A DNA stretch of 64,000 nt from Candidatus Bathyarchaeota archaeon (GCA_963771885.1 CAVYVF010000002.1:96001-160000), one strand, 5' to 3'. Positions 1 to 10,806 are shown, numbered from the stretch's first letter. The notes: generated by a model from the letters alone, not told the origin. A program made the numbers and translations.

Positions 1-1066
1 TCCAGATTATTACCCTGAAGAGTGTCGCGATGGATATCGTGAGCCAGAGGGGATTATAGACTATGAAGAAGAAGGCGAACTCTGGTAGCGAGAAAGCGTA
101 GCCGAGGCGCCGCGCGAAGTAGTAGAATACGACCGCGAATACTGAGAATACGGTGAGAAACGCCGCGAAGGCCTTGAATGTGGCGACCCCTGTGAGCATG
201 GCGACGATTGGAGGTATGAAGAGCAGCTCCTTGCCCGCGACTAAGAGGAATACAAAACTCACAGCATTCACATAGAGGGTATCAGGGAATGCCAGCGTCG
301 CGGCGAACATGGGCAAGCTAGGGAAGATGATGAGCAGCGCCGCGAATAGAATCTTCGGGTGGCTGACGATGCTGTCGAGAAGCATCATATACCGGCTTGT
401 TAGCCAGTGCGCCTGCCCCGCTGCCCAACGCCTCCTCTGCCTGACCCAGACGCGCCAACTCGGAGAGACCTTGTTATAGACCTCAATCGCCTCTGCGTAC
501 CCGAAGCGTAGCCCCCCGATGTAGGCGCGAGTCGCCATGTCGAGGTCCTCGCAAATCTCCTTCCCGAAGCCGTTTAGGCTCCCCCACGCCTCCCTCCTTA
601 TGGCGAAGGCGGAGCCGTTGAAACCAAGGCATCTCCCCAGGTACTTAGAGAAGACGAGGTTCGTAAAGTTGGCGCTCAGATAGTCATAGTTCACTATCCG
701 CGCCACGAAGGAGTCCCTGATGATCTTCTTCTTTATCTCGATGAGGTCGAAGTCATCCATCTCCTCGACGACGCGTCCAATGAAGCCCTCCTGGCGGACC
801 TCGATGTCGCTGTCGAGGAATACGATGACGTCGCAGGGGTGCTCAGCGACCGCGGCGTTCAACGCGTTTACTTTACCGAGTCTTTCCTCGCTAACCCTCC
901 AAACGACACCCCCCGTCTCGGCGATAAGCGTCCTCGTCATTTCCGTGGGCTCGTCTGCACAGACAACTATCTCCTTATCTTGATAAGGGTCGGCTATGAG
1001 AGCCCTGAGCAGGGGCTTAAGCTGCTCCGACTCTTTATAGACGGGAACGAAAACGCCGACCTTCAT
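1..1066 (-). CDS. GT2 family glycosyltransferase with C-terminal TM region (runs off window start)
   Basis: Manual translation from ATG 1066: MKVGVFVPVYKE...GKVNALN...FLDSD (DxD)...CEDLD...RQRRRW (QxxRW). Absent from the ORF track because no stop lies in the window. Confidence 0.9.
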   Translation of the reverse strand, partial: MKVGVFVPVYKESEQLKPLLRALIADPYQDKEIVVCADEPTEMTRTLIAETGGVVWRVSEERLGKVNALNAAVAEHPCDVIVFLDSDIEVRQEGFIGRVVEEMDDFDLIEIKKKIIRDSFVARIVNYDYLSANFTNLVFSKYLGRCLGFNGSAFAIRREAWGSLNGFGKEICEDLDMATRAYIGGLRFGYAEAIEVYNKVSPSWRVWVRQRRRWAAGQAHWLTSRYMMLLDSIVSHPKILFAALLIIFPSLPMFAATLAFPDTLYVNAVSFVFLLVAGKELLFIPPIVAMLTGVATFKAFAAFLTVFSVFAVVFYYFARRLGYAFSLPEFAFFFIVYNPLWLTISIATLFRVIIW

Positions 1067-1200
1067 TATGACCCTCTTGTGGTAGATGATAGGGATACGT
1101 GTCGCCAATATATTGCATTCGCAACGCACACGCGTTAACCCCGGCACACAAATGCCCCTCAACCGCCGCCCCTTTTTAACGCCCAACTACATATACATCC

Positions 1201-2283
1201 ATGGCTCCTAGAAGCTACCAATCACTAACAAAGGACGAGACGGCGCACGCCGAAGCGCTGCACCGGGAGAGCATAGTAATAGACGCCAGCATCGTCGCCT
1301 TCATCGAGGGTGTCGGCGAGGACATGATGCTCGAGGACCTACTGAAGGGCGGCGTCACCGCGAGTAACGCGACGGTCTGCATGCAGAGGAACCTCAGCGA
1401 GGCTATGAGGGAGGTAGCCGACGTCCACGAGTGGGCTGAGAAGAAGAAGTCGAAGACACTCGTTGTCCGCAAGGCGGAAGACATAGAGAAGGCGAAGAAG
1501 GAGGGGAAAACCGCCCTCATCCTCGGCCCCCAGGACAGCATGTTCCTCGAGGCGAAGACAGCCTTTCTAGAGATCGCCTGGGAGATGGGCATTCGCATCA
1601 TACAGCTCAGCTACCTCCGCAGCGATGCCGCCGACGGGTGCTGGGACCGCGTAGATGGCGGGCTCACTAACTTCGGAGTCGCCCTCGTCGAGGCCATGAA
1701 CAAGCGTGGTATGCTCATCGACCTCAGTCACGTCGGCGACAAGAGCACCATGGAGACGATAGAACTCTCGAAGCAGCCCGTTAGCTTCACACATGTCATC
1801 CCCCGCGCCACAACGCCTCGCGACCTCAGCCCATACGCGAAGTGGGCTGGGAGTGAAAAGTTCGTGAAGCTAGCAATCGGGCGCGGGCGCACCGACGAGG
1901 CTCTGAAAGCCTGCACCGAGAAGGGCGGTATGGTCGGAGTCACACCATTCTTCGCCAAGACTGGTAAACCCACAACCCTCACCGACGACCTCATGGACCA
2001 AGTCGACTACGTCGTCAACCTAGTCGGCGCCGAGCATGTCGGCTTCGGAAGCGACCTCGACTATCGCAACTCCGTAACCCGCGGCTGCTACATCTGGAAA
2101 TACCCCGAGCGGGTTGACGTCACCTACCACACGGCGATGGACAAGACATGGGGATACGGTTGGCTTGAAAATATGCCCAACTTCACAAAGGGTTTAGTCG
2201 CCCGTGGCTACTCCGATAAGGAGATCAAGGGCATACTTGGCGCTAACTGGGTTAGCCTCTTCAAAAAGGTCTGGGGTGCATAA
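1201..2283 (+). CDS. Membrane dipeptidase (peptidase M19)-like protein, paralog 1
   Basis: DLSHVG, FTH and GFGSD motifs, GYSDKEIKGILGANW C-terminus. The N-terminal HxD is absent. Confidence 0.85.
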   Translation: MAPRSYQSLTKDETAHAEALHRESIVIDASIVAFIEGVGEDMMLEDLLKGGVTASNATVCMQRNLSEAMREVADVHEWAEKKKSKTLVVRKAEDIEKAKKEGKTALILGPQDSMFLEAKTAFLEIAWEMGIRIIQLSYLRSDAADGCWDRVDGGLTNFGVALVEAMNKRGMLIDLSHVGDKSTMETIELSKQPVSFTHVIPRATTPRDLSPYAKWAGSEKFVKLAIGRGRTDEALKACTEKGGMVGVTPFFAKTGKPTTLTDDLMDQVDYVVNLVGAEHVGFGSDLDYRNSVTRGCYIWKYPERVDVTYHTAMDKTWGYGWLENMPNFTKGLVARGYSDKEIKGILGANWVSLFKKVWGA

Positions 2284-2288
2284 CCGAG

Positions 2289-2831
2289 TTGGACAAGCCC
2301 CTCCGCTTCACCGACGCCGGCGAGTGGAGGCTATGGCTTGAAGCCAACCCGAAGGCGAAGGCGGTGTGGCTCACCATTAGGAAGAAAGGGTCAATGCGCC
2401 TCGGCATCGGTTACGAGGAAGCCGTCGAGGAGGCACTCGCCCATGGCTGGATCGACAGTAAGATGAAGTCAGTCGACGCCGACGAGTTCATCCAGCGATT
2501 CACACCCCGCAGAGACGACAGTCCATGGTCCCTTAGGAACAAGGAAATCGCCGAGAGACTCATCGCTGAGGGGCGGATGACCCAACCAGGGCTCGTCTGT
2601 ATCGAAACTGCGAAGAAGAACGGCTGGTGGGACTCCGCCTACACCTCGAAGATCCCCCCAAAGGTGCCCGATTACATAGAGGCAGAGCTGATGAAGTGGA
2701 ACGCATGGGAAAAGTTCAGCGCTTTGTCAAACTCCGCTCGTCTACAGTATGTCTACTGGATAGAGGAGGCGAAGAGGCCGGAGACGAGGATGAGGCGAAT
2801 CATTAAGACTGTAGAGAGAATAACTAAGTGA
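2289..2831 (+). CDS. YdeI/OmpD-associated family protein
   Basis: EEAVEEALAHGWIDS...RFTPRR..S.WS..NK signature; YVYWIEEAKRPETR. Confidence 0.85.
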   Translation: MDKPLRFTDAGEWRLWLEANPKAKAVWLTIRKKGSMRLGIGYEEAVEEALAHGWIDSKMKSVDADEFIQRFTPRRDDSPWSLRNKEIAERLIAEGRMTQPGLVCIETAKKNGWWDSAYTSKIPPKVPDYIEAELMKWNAWEKFSALSNSARLQYVYWIEEAKRPETRMRRIIKTVERITK

Positions 2832-2878
2832 CTGGTCTCTATTTTTTATACCGATTCGCCCCCGTTTCCCTGATTATC

Positions 2879-3970
2879 ATGAGCAGTTACATGAAGCTCA
2901 GCAAGGATCAGAAGGAGCACGCTCTCAACCTCCACAGGGAGAGTGTTGTAATCGACAGTAGCATAGTCGCCGTCATCGATTATGTCGCTGAGAATATGTG
3001 GCTCACCGACGTACTCAAAGGTGGTCTGACAGCCTCAAACCTAACAGTCTGCATGCAGAGGAGCTTCTCCGAGGCGCTGGCGCAGCTCATCGAACATAAC
3101 CACTGGGCGGCGAAGAACAAAGACCGTGTACTCGTCGTGAAGAAGGCAGCGGACATTGAGAAGGCGAAGAAGGAGGGCAAACACGGCGTCATCTATGGGC
3201 CTCAGGACTCGATGTTCCTTGAGCGAAACGTCGACTTCTTAGACGTCGCTTACGACCAGGGACTGCGCGCCATGCAGCTCACGTACAACTGGCTAAACGA
3301 GGTAGGCGCCGGCTGCAGAGAGAAGAAGGACCCCGGCCTCAGCGTCTTCGGGCAACGCGTCGTCGAGAGGATGAACAAACTAGGCATACTCATTGACCTC
3401 AGTCATACAGGCGACCAGACGTGCTGGGACGCTATAGAGCAGTCGAAGGACCCAGTCAGTTTCACACACATCATCCCACGTAAGTCCGCTCCTGAGAAGC
3501 CAGGCGGCTACGCGGAATGGGCTAACAGGAGCACCAGCCTCTGGGGTGATTTCGTCGCCTACTCGAAGCAAAGAGGAAAGCCCGACGACATGATGAAGGC
3601 TTGTGCCGAGAAGGGCGGAGTTATCGGCGTGACTCCCTTCTTCGTCAAGAAAGCGGGGAAGAGCACCCTCACAGACGACCTGATGGATCAACTCGACGTC
3701 CTCGTCGATGTCGTGGGCGTGGACAACGTGGGCTTCGGCAGCGACCTGGAGTTCCCCAACTCAGTCACCCGCGCCGCGTTCATCTGGAAGAACCCACAGC
3801 GCATCGACGTCGACTACTTCACCCCAATGGATAAGTCGTGGGGCTACGGATGGATGGAGAACATGCCCAATTTCACCATGGGCCTAGTGGCGCGCGGCTA
3901 CTCGGACCAGGAGATAAAGAAGATATTGGGCCTGAACTTCGTCAGGCTCTTCAAGAGCGTATGGGGCTAG
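2879..3970 (+). CDS. Membrane dipeptidase (M19)-like protein, paralog 2
   Basis: Clear paralog of 1201..2283. The ATG at 2879 aligns with the paralog starts and lies about 30 nt after a TTTTATA box. Confidence 0.85.
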   Translation: MSSYMKLSKDQKEHALNLHRESVVIDSSIVAVIDYVAENMWLTDVLKGGLTASNLTVCMQRSFSEALAQLIEHNHWAAKNKDRVLVVKKAADIEKAKKEGKHGVIYGPQDSMFLERNVDFLDVAYDQGLRAMQLTYNWLNEVGAGCREKKDPGLSVFGQRVVERMNKLGILIDLSHTGDQTCWDAIEQSKDPVSFTHIIPRKSAPEKPGGYAEWANRSTSLWGDFVAYSKQRGKPDDMMKACAEKGGVIGVTPFFVKKAGKSTLTDDLMDQLDVLVDVVGVDNVGFGSDLEFPNSVTRAAFIWKNPQRIDVDYFTPMDKSWGYGWMENMPNFTMGLVARGYSDQEIKKILGLNFVRLFKSVWG

Positions 3971-4025
3971 CCCTTTCATTCTCGAATCTTATTTACTAGT
4001 CGCGGCATTTTATCAGGGATTAGGC

Positions 4026-4502
4026 ATGGATAGACGGTCCCTTGTCGCTGTGTTCTTCGGGTTGGTTGCGGCACTCTCCCTGTGGGTAGTTTTTTCTTTT
4101 CAATATCCCTTCGTCGCAGGCGGGTTTGAGATAGTCTCAACCCAAGACGACACAATCGTCGTGCAGGACGGCGACATCGCGGGCTACAACGTGGCACGTC
4201 ATGAATTTATTTTATCCGTCGAGGGCGTTGAGAGGATAATGAAGGTAAAAGGGTATCTTGAAGGGCCGTTCACTATTATCGTGGGCGGGGAAGAGGTCCT
4301 TAAAGGAATATTCGTGCCACCGACAATCTCACGATCATACCCCTCGAGCCAGATTGTAATTACGTACCCAACCTTCGACTCGAATTACGGGGTAATGAAG
4401 ATACAGATGGGTTACCCGTGGGACGAGCCCGTGAACCCTGATCCCCGAGACGACCCGAGGATCGCCCAGTACTTCGAATCTACGGGCAGACTGATTGAAT
4501 AA
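4026..4502 (+). CDS. Hypothetical membrane-anchored protein
   Basis: N-terminal hydrophobic helix followed by a soluble domain; fills the intergenic space. Confidence 0.6.
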   Translation: MDRRSLVAVFFGLVAALSLWVVFSFQYPFVAGGFEIVSTQDDTIVVQDGDIAGYNVARHEFILSVEGVERIMKVKGYLEGPFTIIVGGEEVLKGIFVPPTISRSYPSSQIVITYPTFDSNYGVMKIQMGYPWDEPVNPDPRDDPRIAQYFESTGRLIE

Positions 4503-4507
4503 ATAGG

Positions 4508-5299
4508 TTACAGGAAGTACTCTGGCTCCCTGCGCTTGCTGTACTCGGTGTGCAGCCACGTCGCCGCCTTTTTTATACCCTCATTGGTCCAGACGCGGGC
4601 GCCGGTCGGGCACGCCTTAACGCAAGCCGAGCATGCCGTGCACTTCTCCTTCGCCGTCTCGACCTTGTCGTCGACCGTGATCGCCCCCGTAGGGCAGACC
4701 TCGGCGCAGGCGCCACATAGTGTGCAGGTCTCGACGTTCGTTTCAGGGAACCGTGGGCCTGATGGGTTCCTCTCCTTGTAGGGTTTGTTGCCGGGGACTG
4801 TGATCTCGACAATCTTGGTTATGTCTTCGAGTTTATTTTTGACCTGTTCGCCGAATTTTTTCGCCTTCTCGATATCCTCCGAGTCGGGACGACCAGGGGC
4901 GATGGGGGTGGCATCGTTTGAGAAGCTGTGCTCCCCGATGAAGGAGGCGGCTGCGACCGTCTTGAACCCCTGCTCGGTTGTGATGTCCTTGAGCTCGATG
5001 AGGGCGTCCTCGATCGCCCTGTTGCCGTAGACTGCGACGAGGACGGCGGGTGTGCCGTTTCCCTTCACCGTCTTGAACCTCTGCGCGGCTACGATTGGTA
5101 CGCGTCCGCCGTAGACGGGTGTTGCGATAATCGCCAGCTCTCCAGCGGGGATCGAGTGGCTCTTCGAAGCCTCCTCGGCGGGAGTCAGGTCGATTTGCCC
5201 GACGTTCTTGATGCCCAGACCCTTCGCGATGCCCTCGAGCACCTTCTTCGATGTGCCTGTTGGTGAGTAGTAGATCAGGTTGACCTTGCTTGCTTTCAT
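4508..5299 (-). CDS. Flavodoxin-ferredoxin fusion (EFR1-type 4Fe-4S protein)
   Basis: YYSPTGTS flavodoxin loop, PVYGGR, two CxxCxxCxxxCP motifs. Confidence 0.85.
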   Translation of the reverse strand: MKASKVNLIYYSPTGTSKKVLEGIAKGLGIKNVGQIDLTPAEEASKSHSIPAGELAIIATPVYGGRVPIVAAQRFKTVKGNGTPAVLVAVYGNRAIEDALIELKDITTEQGFKTVAAASFIGEHSFSNDATPIAPGRPDSEDIEKAKKFGEQVKNKLEDITKIVEITVPGNKPYKERNPSGPRFPETNVETCTLCGACAEVCPTGAITVDDKVETAKEKCTACSACVKACPTGARVWTNEGIKKAATWLHTEYSKRREPEYFL

Positions 5300-5404
5300 G
5301 TCGTAGCTACTGTGGCGACACCGTTCTATTATACTACCGGGTAACTGGGTTAACCCAACGGTTACCAATTTTTATACTGGATACCTGAGTGTTGTTCGAT
5401 ATTC

Positions 5405-6496
5405 ATGAGAAGCTATCTTGACCTAACCAAGGATGAAATCGCACACGCGATGGCGCTTCACAAGGAGAGCTACGTCATAGACGCGAGCCTCGTCGCGTAC
5501 CTTGACTATGTGGGCGAGGACATCTGGGTCGACGACATGCTCAGAGGAGGCTTGACCGCCTCCAACGTGACAGTCGGTATGCAGACTAGCCTGACCGAGG
5601 CACTGAACGAGATGAGCCAGTACCACTCCTGGGCCGAGAAGACGAAGGAGAAGGCACTCCTAGTCAGGAAGGCGGAGGACATCAAGAAGGCGAAGAGGGA
5701 GGGCAAGCACGGCGTCATTTTTGGTCCACAGGACAGCAGCTTCCTCGAGGGGAATACGGGCTTCCTCAAGATCGCCTACGACTACGGTATACGCGTCATC
5801 CAGATCACCTACAATAACCGAGGTTTGGCTGGAGACGGGTGCAAGGAGAGGTGCAACGCGGGGCTGAGCAACTTCGGTGTCGCCCTCGTTGAGGAGATGA
5901 ACCGCCTCGGCGTCCTCGTAGACCTCAGCCACAGTGGTGACCAGACAAGCATGGACGCCATTGAGATGTCGAAGGATCCCGTTGCCTTCACACACATCTG
6001 CCCAAGGGTATCGACGCCCCGTGAGCTCAGCGATTGGGCTAAGTGGAACAACCGCCACACCTTCTATGGCGAGTTCACAAGCTACTCTCTGCAGAGGGCT
6101 AAGACTGACGAGGCGATAAAAGCTTGCGCCGAGAAGGGTGGAATCATAGGTATCACCCCATACTTCGCTAAGAAGCCGGGCAAGTCGACACTCACAGACG
6201 ACATCGTCGACCAGATCGAGTACACCGCCGACCTCGTCGGCGCCGACCACGTCGGCTTCGGCAGCGACGTCGACTACAACAGCACCCTCGACCGCATGGC
6301 ATACATACAGAGGTACCCGGAAACCGTCGACGTCTCATACTTCTCCGCCCTCGACAAGGACTGGGGTTATGGGTGGCTCGGCTACATGCCGAATCTCACT
6401 AAGGGGCTCGTCGCCCGCGGCTACTCCGACGGCGATATCAGGGGCATCCTCGGCGGGAACTGGCTGCGCCTCTTCGAGCGCGTCTGGCGTGGATAG
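5405..6496 (+). CDS. Membrane dipeptidase (M19)-like protein, paralog 3
   Basis: Same motifs as paralogs 1 and 2 (IDAS, GPQDS, DLSHSG, FTH, GFGSD). Confidence 0.85.
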   Translation: MRSYLDLTKDEIAHAMALHKESYVIDASLVAYLDYVGEDIWVDDMLRGGLTASNVTVGMQTSLTEALNEMSQYHSWAEKTKEKALLVRKAEDIKKAKREGKHGVIFGPQDSSFLEGNTGFLKIAYDYGIRVIQITYNNRGLAGDGCKERCNAGLSNFGVALVEEMNRLGVLVDLSHSGDQTSMDAIEMSKDPVAFTHICPRVSTPRELSDWAKWNNRHTFYGEFTSYSLQRAKTDEAIKACAEKGGIIGITPYFAKKPGKSTLTDDIVDQIEYTADLVGADHVGFGSDVDYNSTLDRMAYIQRYPETVDVSYFSALDKDWGYGWLGYMPNLTKGLVARGYSDGDIRGILGGNWLRLFERVWRG

Positions 6497-6656
6497 GCAA
6501 ATTTTTCATCGTGTCTCTTCGAAGAAAGCGGTAGTGAATTGAGGCTTGTATTCAAGATAGGCATAGAGACCTATATGGTCCTCTTCGCCGCTGTGCATAT
6601 GCGTTTTTTGCCTAAAACCCATTTTTTTAAACGGTGTCACTAACCAATTTAATTGT

Positions 6657-7010
6657 ATGGTCGAGGTAGTGACTATTGGTTACGGCGGGAAGAAGCCCGA
6701 CGCATTCTTCGCCGAGTTGGAGGCGCTCGGCGCGGATCTAGTTGTGGATGTCAGGGTTGATCCATTCCACGCCTTCCTCGGCGTCTACACCAAGAATGGG
6801 CTCGAAGCGAGGCTCGGCGACAGATACGTCTGGGTCAGGGAGCTTGGAAACAGCACTCGTGAACTCCCGCCGACGCTCGTGGACGAGGAGGTGGGACTGG
6901 CGAAGCTCAGGGCTCTAATGGTGGGGCGCCGCCGTATTGCTTTGCTCTGCGCCGAGAAGGACGAAACCCAGTGCCACCGCAGCTATGTCAAAGCCAAGAT
7001 CACTGCTTAG
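6657..7010 (+). CDS. DUF488 family protein
   Basis: TIGYGG, VVDVR, ELGN and LLCAE...CHR motifs. Confidence 0.75.
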   Translation: MVEVVTIGYGGKKPDAFFAELEALGADLVVDVRVDPFHAFLGVYTKNGLEARLGDRYVWVRELGNSTRELPPTLVDEEVGLAKLRALMVGRRRIALLCAEKDETQCHRSYVKAKITA

Positions 7011-7097
7011 ACGATGTAATGAGCATCGACTGGCGTCGAAGCCGCGTCCCCCGAGTGTAGGAAACCGTTAAAGAGGGACGGGGTGTAGCCCTCCGCA

Positions 7098-8084
7098 ATG
7101 AAGCCTATCGGCATAGCAGGCACCGGGAGCCACGTCGCCCCCAATGTTATGACAAACAAGGACTGGCTCAAGTATGTCGAGACCAGTGATGAGTGGATTT
7201 ACACGAAGACGGGGATAAGGGAGCGCCGCATTGCGGATCCAGGCGTGGCTACTAGCGACCTCGCCGTCGAGGCGGCGAAGAAGGCTCTCACCGATGCACA
7301 AATCGAGGCGAAGGACCTCGGGCTCATTATCCTTGCCACGAGCAGCCCCGACGTGCCCCTAAGCGCCACTGCCTGCATAGTCCAGCACAAGCTCGGCGCA
7401 GCCAACGCCGCCGCTCTCGACATAAACAACGTCTGTAGCGGTTTCGTCTACGGCCTCGACATAGGCTGGAAGATGGCGGCCGCCGACACTTACAAGAACG
7501 TTCTCGTCGTCGGTGCTGAAACATACAGCAGGATTCTCAACTGGAAGGACAGAGCCACCTGCGTCTTCTTCGGGGACGGCGCGGGCGCCGTGGTGCTGAA
7601 TGAGTGCAAACCCGGCGTGGGTCTTCTCGCCTCGACACTCTACGCCGATGGCTCAGGGCACAAGGTCATCGAGATACCCGCCGGAGGCTCGCGCATGCCT
7701 ACGACGAAGGAGACTATGGAGAAGGGGCTCAACTACTTCTTCATGGACGGGAAGGCGGTCTGGGACTTCGCAACCGTCAAGTTCCCCGAGTCCGTCCGCG
7801 ATGTAGTCGCCAAGTCCGGGCACAGTCTGGAGGACGTCGATGTCATCATCCCCCACCAATCAAACGTCAACATTATCAAGAAGAGCATGGAGGTCCTCGG
7901 GCTGCCGATGGAGAAGGCATTCTGTCACATTCACAAGTACGGTAACATGGCGGGGGCTAGCGTCCCCGTCGCCCTCGACGAGGCGGTTAAGGAGGGCAAG
8001 GTCAAGAAGGGGGACCTCGTCGTAACCTGCGGCTACGGTGGCGGTCTCGCCTGGGGCGCCAACGCCTTTATCTGGGGCAAGTGA
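7098..8084 (+). CDS. fabH: Beta-ketoacyl synthase III (bacterial-type FabH homologue)
   Basis: TGIRERRIA, catalytic Cys (VCSGF), FGDGAGA, His (PHQSN), Asn (YGN). Confidence 0.85.
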   Translation: MKPIGIAGTGSHVAPNVMTNKDWLKYVETSDEWIYTKTGIRERRIADPGVATSDLAVEAAKKALTDAQIEAKDLGLIILATSSPDVPLSATACIVQHKLGAANAAALDINNVCSGFVYGLDIGWKMAAADTYKNVLVVGAETYSRILNWKDRATCVFFGDGAGAVVLNECKPGVGLLASTLYADGSGHKVIEIPAGGSRMPTTKETMEKGLNYFFMDGKAVWDFATVKFPESVRDVVAKSGHSLEDVDVIIPHQSNVNIIKKSMEVLGLPMEKAFCHIHKYGNMAGASVPVALDEAVKEGKVKKGDLVVTCGYGGGLAWGANAFIWGK

Positions 8085-8123
8085 CCCGCCAACCCTAAAT
8101 TTTCGGCGAGCACCATCTCCCCC

Positions 8124-9319
8124 ATGACGAGTCCGCCGCCCCTTAGGGGGATAAGAGTACTTGACCTGAGCCGCGTCCTCGCCGGCCCATTCTGCAGTAT
8201 GAACCTCGCCGACCTTGGCGCCGAGGTGATTAAGGTGGAGATGCCCGGATCGGGCGACGACACCCGCGCCTACCCCCCCTACATCGGTAGTCAGAGCAGC
8301 TACTTCATGAGCGCCAACAGGAACAAGAAGAGCATAACACTCGACCTCAAGGCAAAGGAGGGACAGGAGGTGCTGCATCGCCTAGCGGTGAAGAGCGACA
8401 TCATCCTCGAGAACTTTCGCCCCGGTGTCACGGCGCGCCTCGCCGCCGACTACGAGACCCTCAGTAAACTCAACCCAAGCCTCATCTACTGCAGCATAAG
8501 CAGCTTCGGCCAGACGGGGCCATACGCGGAGAAGCCAGGGTACGACCTCATAATACAGGGTATGGGTGGCCTCATGGGAATAACCGGCGAGCCCGGTGGG
8601 GCCCCGGTGCGTATAGGCGTCGCCATCACAGACCTTGGCGCCGGCATGTGGGCGACCATCGCCATCCTCGCGGCGCTCCAGGCGCGCGCACGCGACGGCA
8701 AGGGACAGTACCTCGACGTGTCCATGATGGATGGAAGCGTCGCCTGGATGACCTATGTGGCGGGGAATTACTTCGCCACGGGTAAGGTGCCGCCGAAGAT
8801 GGGGAGCGCCCACCCCAGCATCGTCCCCTACCAGGGCTTCGTGACCTTGGACGGCAAGAGCCTGCTTCTCGGCGGTGGGAACGACCGCCTCTTCGTCGCC
8901 CTCTGCGAGGGACTCGGCATGCCCGAGCTGGCGAAGGACTCGAAGTATACGGGCAACGAGAACAGGGTAAAGAACAGGGGTGAGTTAATACCCATCCTCG
9001 AGAAGAGGTTCGGGGAGAAGCCCCGCGACGAGTGGATTGGGATTCTCGAGGGGCTCGGCGTCCCCGTCGCCCCCGTCTACTCGATCGACGAGATATTTGC
9101 CGACCCGCAGGTCCAGCACAGGGGGCTGATGATGGAGGTGCCTCACCCGGAACTTGGCAAGGTTAAGCAGATCGCCCCCGCGATAAGGCTCAGCGAGACG
9201 CCCTGCGTCGTCGAGTCCCCGCCACCCCTCCTCGGTGAGCATACGGACGAGGTGCTGCGCGCCGTCGCAGGCTACACGGATGAGGAGATTAAGGTCTTCG
9301 CGAGAGGAAAGCGGTCTAA
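8124..9319 (+). CDS. CaiB/BaiF family III CoA-transferase (apparent 1-nt deletion near 9293 extends the ORF to 9488)
   Basis: LAGPFC, GAEVIKVE, NRNKKSITLDLK and ENFRPG motifs. Restoring one G gives the natural end ...IKGLRERKAV* at 9319. Confidence 0.85.
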
Positions 9320-10474
9320 GCGTCCACTCTTTTTCTCCCCAGCATGTACGCGAGGGGGAGCATCGTCAGTGCTAGCGCGGCTAGGAGCCTGTAGAGTGTC
9401 GGGGGTCCCCAAACCTCCGCGATGGTCCCGCCGATCATGGGGCCTAGGCACATACCGACGCCGTAGACACCTTCATGAAGGCCCATAGCCGCCCCGAGGT
9501 TCTCCTTATCGCAGTTCTTGGCTATGTAGTCGAGCATGACTGGCGTCATGATGCCCGCGGCTATCCCGTAGAGGACGAGCGGAATAGCATATTCAATCAG
9601 CGACGTGGCGTAGGAGAAGACAATCATGCCGACGAAGAGGAGGACTGCGGCGAGGCTCACGGACCTGCGGATCCCGAGGGCGATGGACCTCTCCGAGTTG
9701 AAGAATCCGATGCCGCGGACGCCGTTCGTCATAGTCAGCAGGAGCCCCACGAGGGCGGGGGCGAGCCCGACGAGCTTGAGGTACCCGGGCATTATCGCCA
9801 TGTAGATGCCGAGGACGCATGTGAAGGGGATTAAGTGTCAGGTAGGCGAGGCCGAGCCGGCGTAGCGGAGCGAGGCTAAGCCCCTTCGTCTCGCTCCTGT
9901 TCAGGAGTGTGATGGCGGGCCTGATCCTCCACATGATGACGCCGATGCTGACGACGATTAGGGCGGCGAGGCAGAGGTAGAGCGCTTGGTAACCAAGAAC
10001 CTCCGAGATGTAGCCGCCCGCCGTGGGGCCGACGACGAAGCCGAGTATCCAGCTGAGGTTGTATCTGCCCATCGACTGGCTGAGCCGGTCGGGGGGCGAG
10101 ATGTTCGCGGTGAGTGTGCTGGCGGTGACCCAGAAGGCGGCGGAGACGAGGCCGAGTAGGCTGCTCCACGCGATGAGTAGTGCGACCTGCGTCACTGCCC
10201 CGAAAAGCGCCACGACGACTACCCCAAGCACCATACCCGCGATGTAGATGCGTATCCTCTCGAAGCGGTCGAGGAGGTAGCCGACTGTGAGTGTCATCAC
10301 GGTGTAGACGACGTTCCTTATGGCGCCCATGAGGCCGAGGTCGACGTAGCCGGCGCCGAGGCTCGTTGCATAGACGGGGAGCATGAAGGATGCGGTGCCG
10401 AGCCCCGTCGCGGTGAGGAAGATGGTGACATAAAGGATTTTGAGGAGCCCTGTCCTGTCACCGGTTGCCGCCAT
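9316..10474 (-). CDS. MFS transporter, split by a +1 frameshift near 9832
   Basis: N-terminal half (GYLLDRFERIR) and C-terminal half (9316..9801) join as ...YLTLIPFTCVLGIYMAIMP... if one A is removed. Confidence 0.8.
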
Positions 10475-10550
10475 GGAGTTTATGCCCGTCGACCCCTCTA
10501 TAAGGTCTAGGTAGAGCTTATCTAGGAGAAACAGGGTCTTTCAGGGTGCT

Positions 10551-10628
10551 GGGTCCGTGGTCTAGCCAGGATATGACATCAGCCTGCGGAGTTGATAGTC
10601 GTGGGTTCGAATCCCACCGGGCCCGCCA
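10551..10628 (+). tRNA. tRNA-Arg(GCG), intronless, CCA encoded
   Basis: Acceptor stem GGGTCCG/CGGGCCC, anticodon arm TCAGC-CTGCGGA-GTTGA, T-loop GTTCGAATC, 3' GCCA. Confidence 0.95.
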
Positions 10629-10630
10629 AA

Positions 10631-10806
10631 TTATTGAACCGGGCCCTCTCTGTCACTGTTCTCTTCCTGTACAGGTGGATTCCATGGATCTCGTTGACGT
10701 ACTCGAAGCCTACTTCGATTAACTGCCTCGCCTTCTGAGCCGTTGGGCTGTCTTGCATGCGTAGTCGTCCTGGAAGAGGGACTCCTCGAGCTCCTGAACA
10801 TAAGGC
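10631..10806 (-). pseudogene. Decayed C-terminal fragment of a tyrosine recombinase/integrase
   Basis: Translation with one frameshift: YVQELEESLFQDDYACKTAQ/TAQKARQLIEVGFEYVNEIHGIHLYRKR. This resembles the C-terminal tail of Bathyarchaeia integrases as I recall it, and it abuts the tRNA 3' end. Confidence 0.6.

Noticed and set aside
6506..6622. 38-aa minus-strand ORF filling the intergenic gap
   Set aside because: No recognisable motif, and it overlaps the promoter region of the next gene; cannot be supported.
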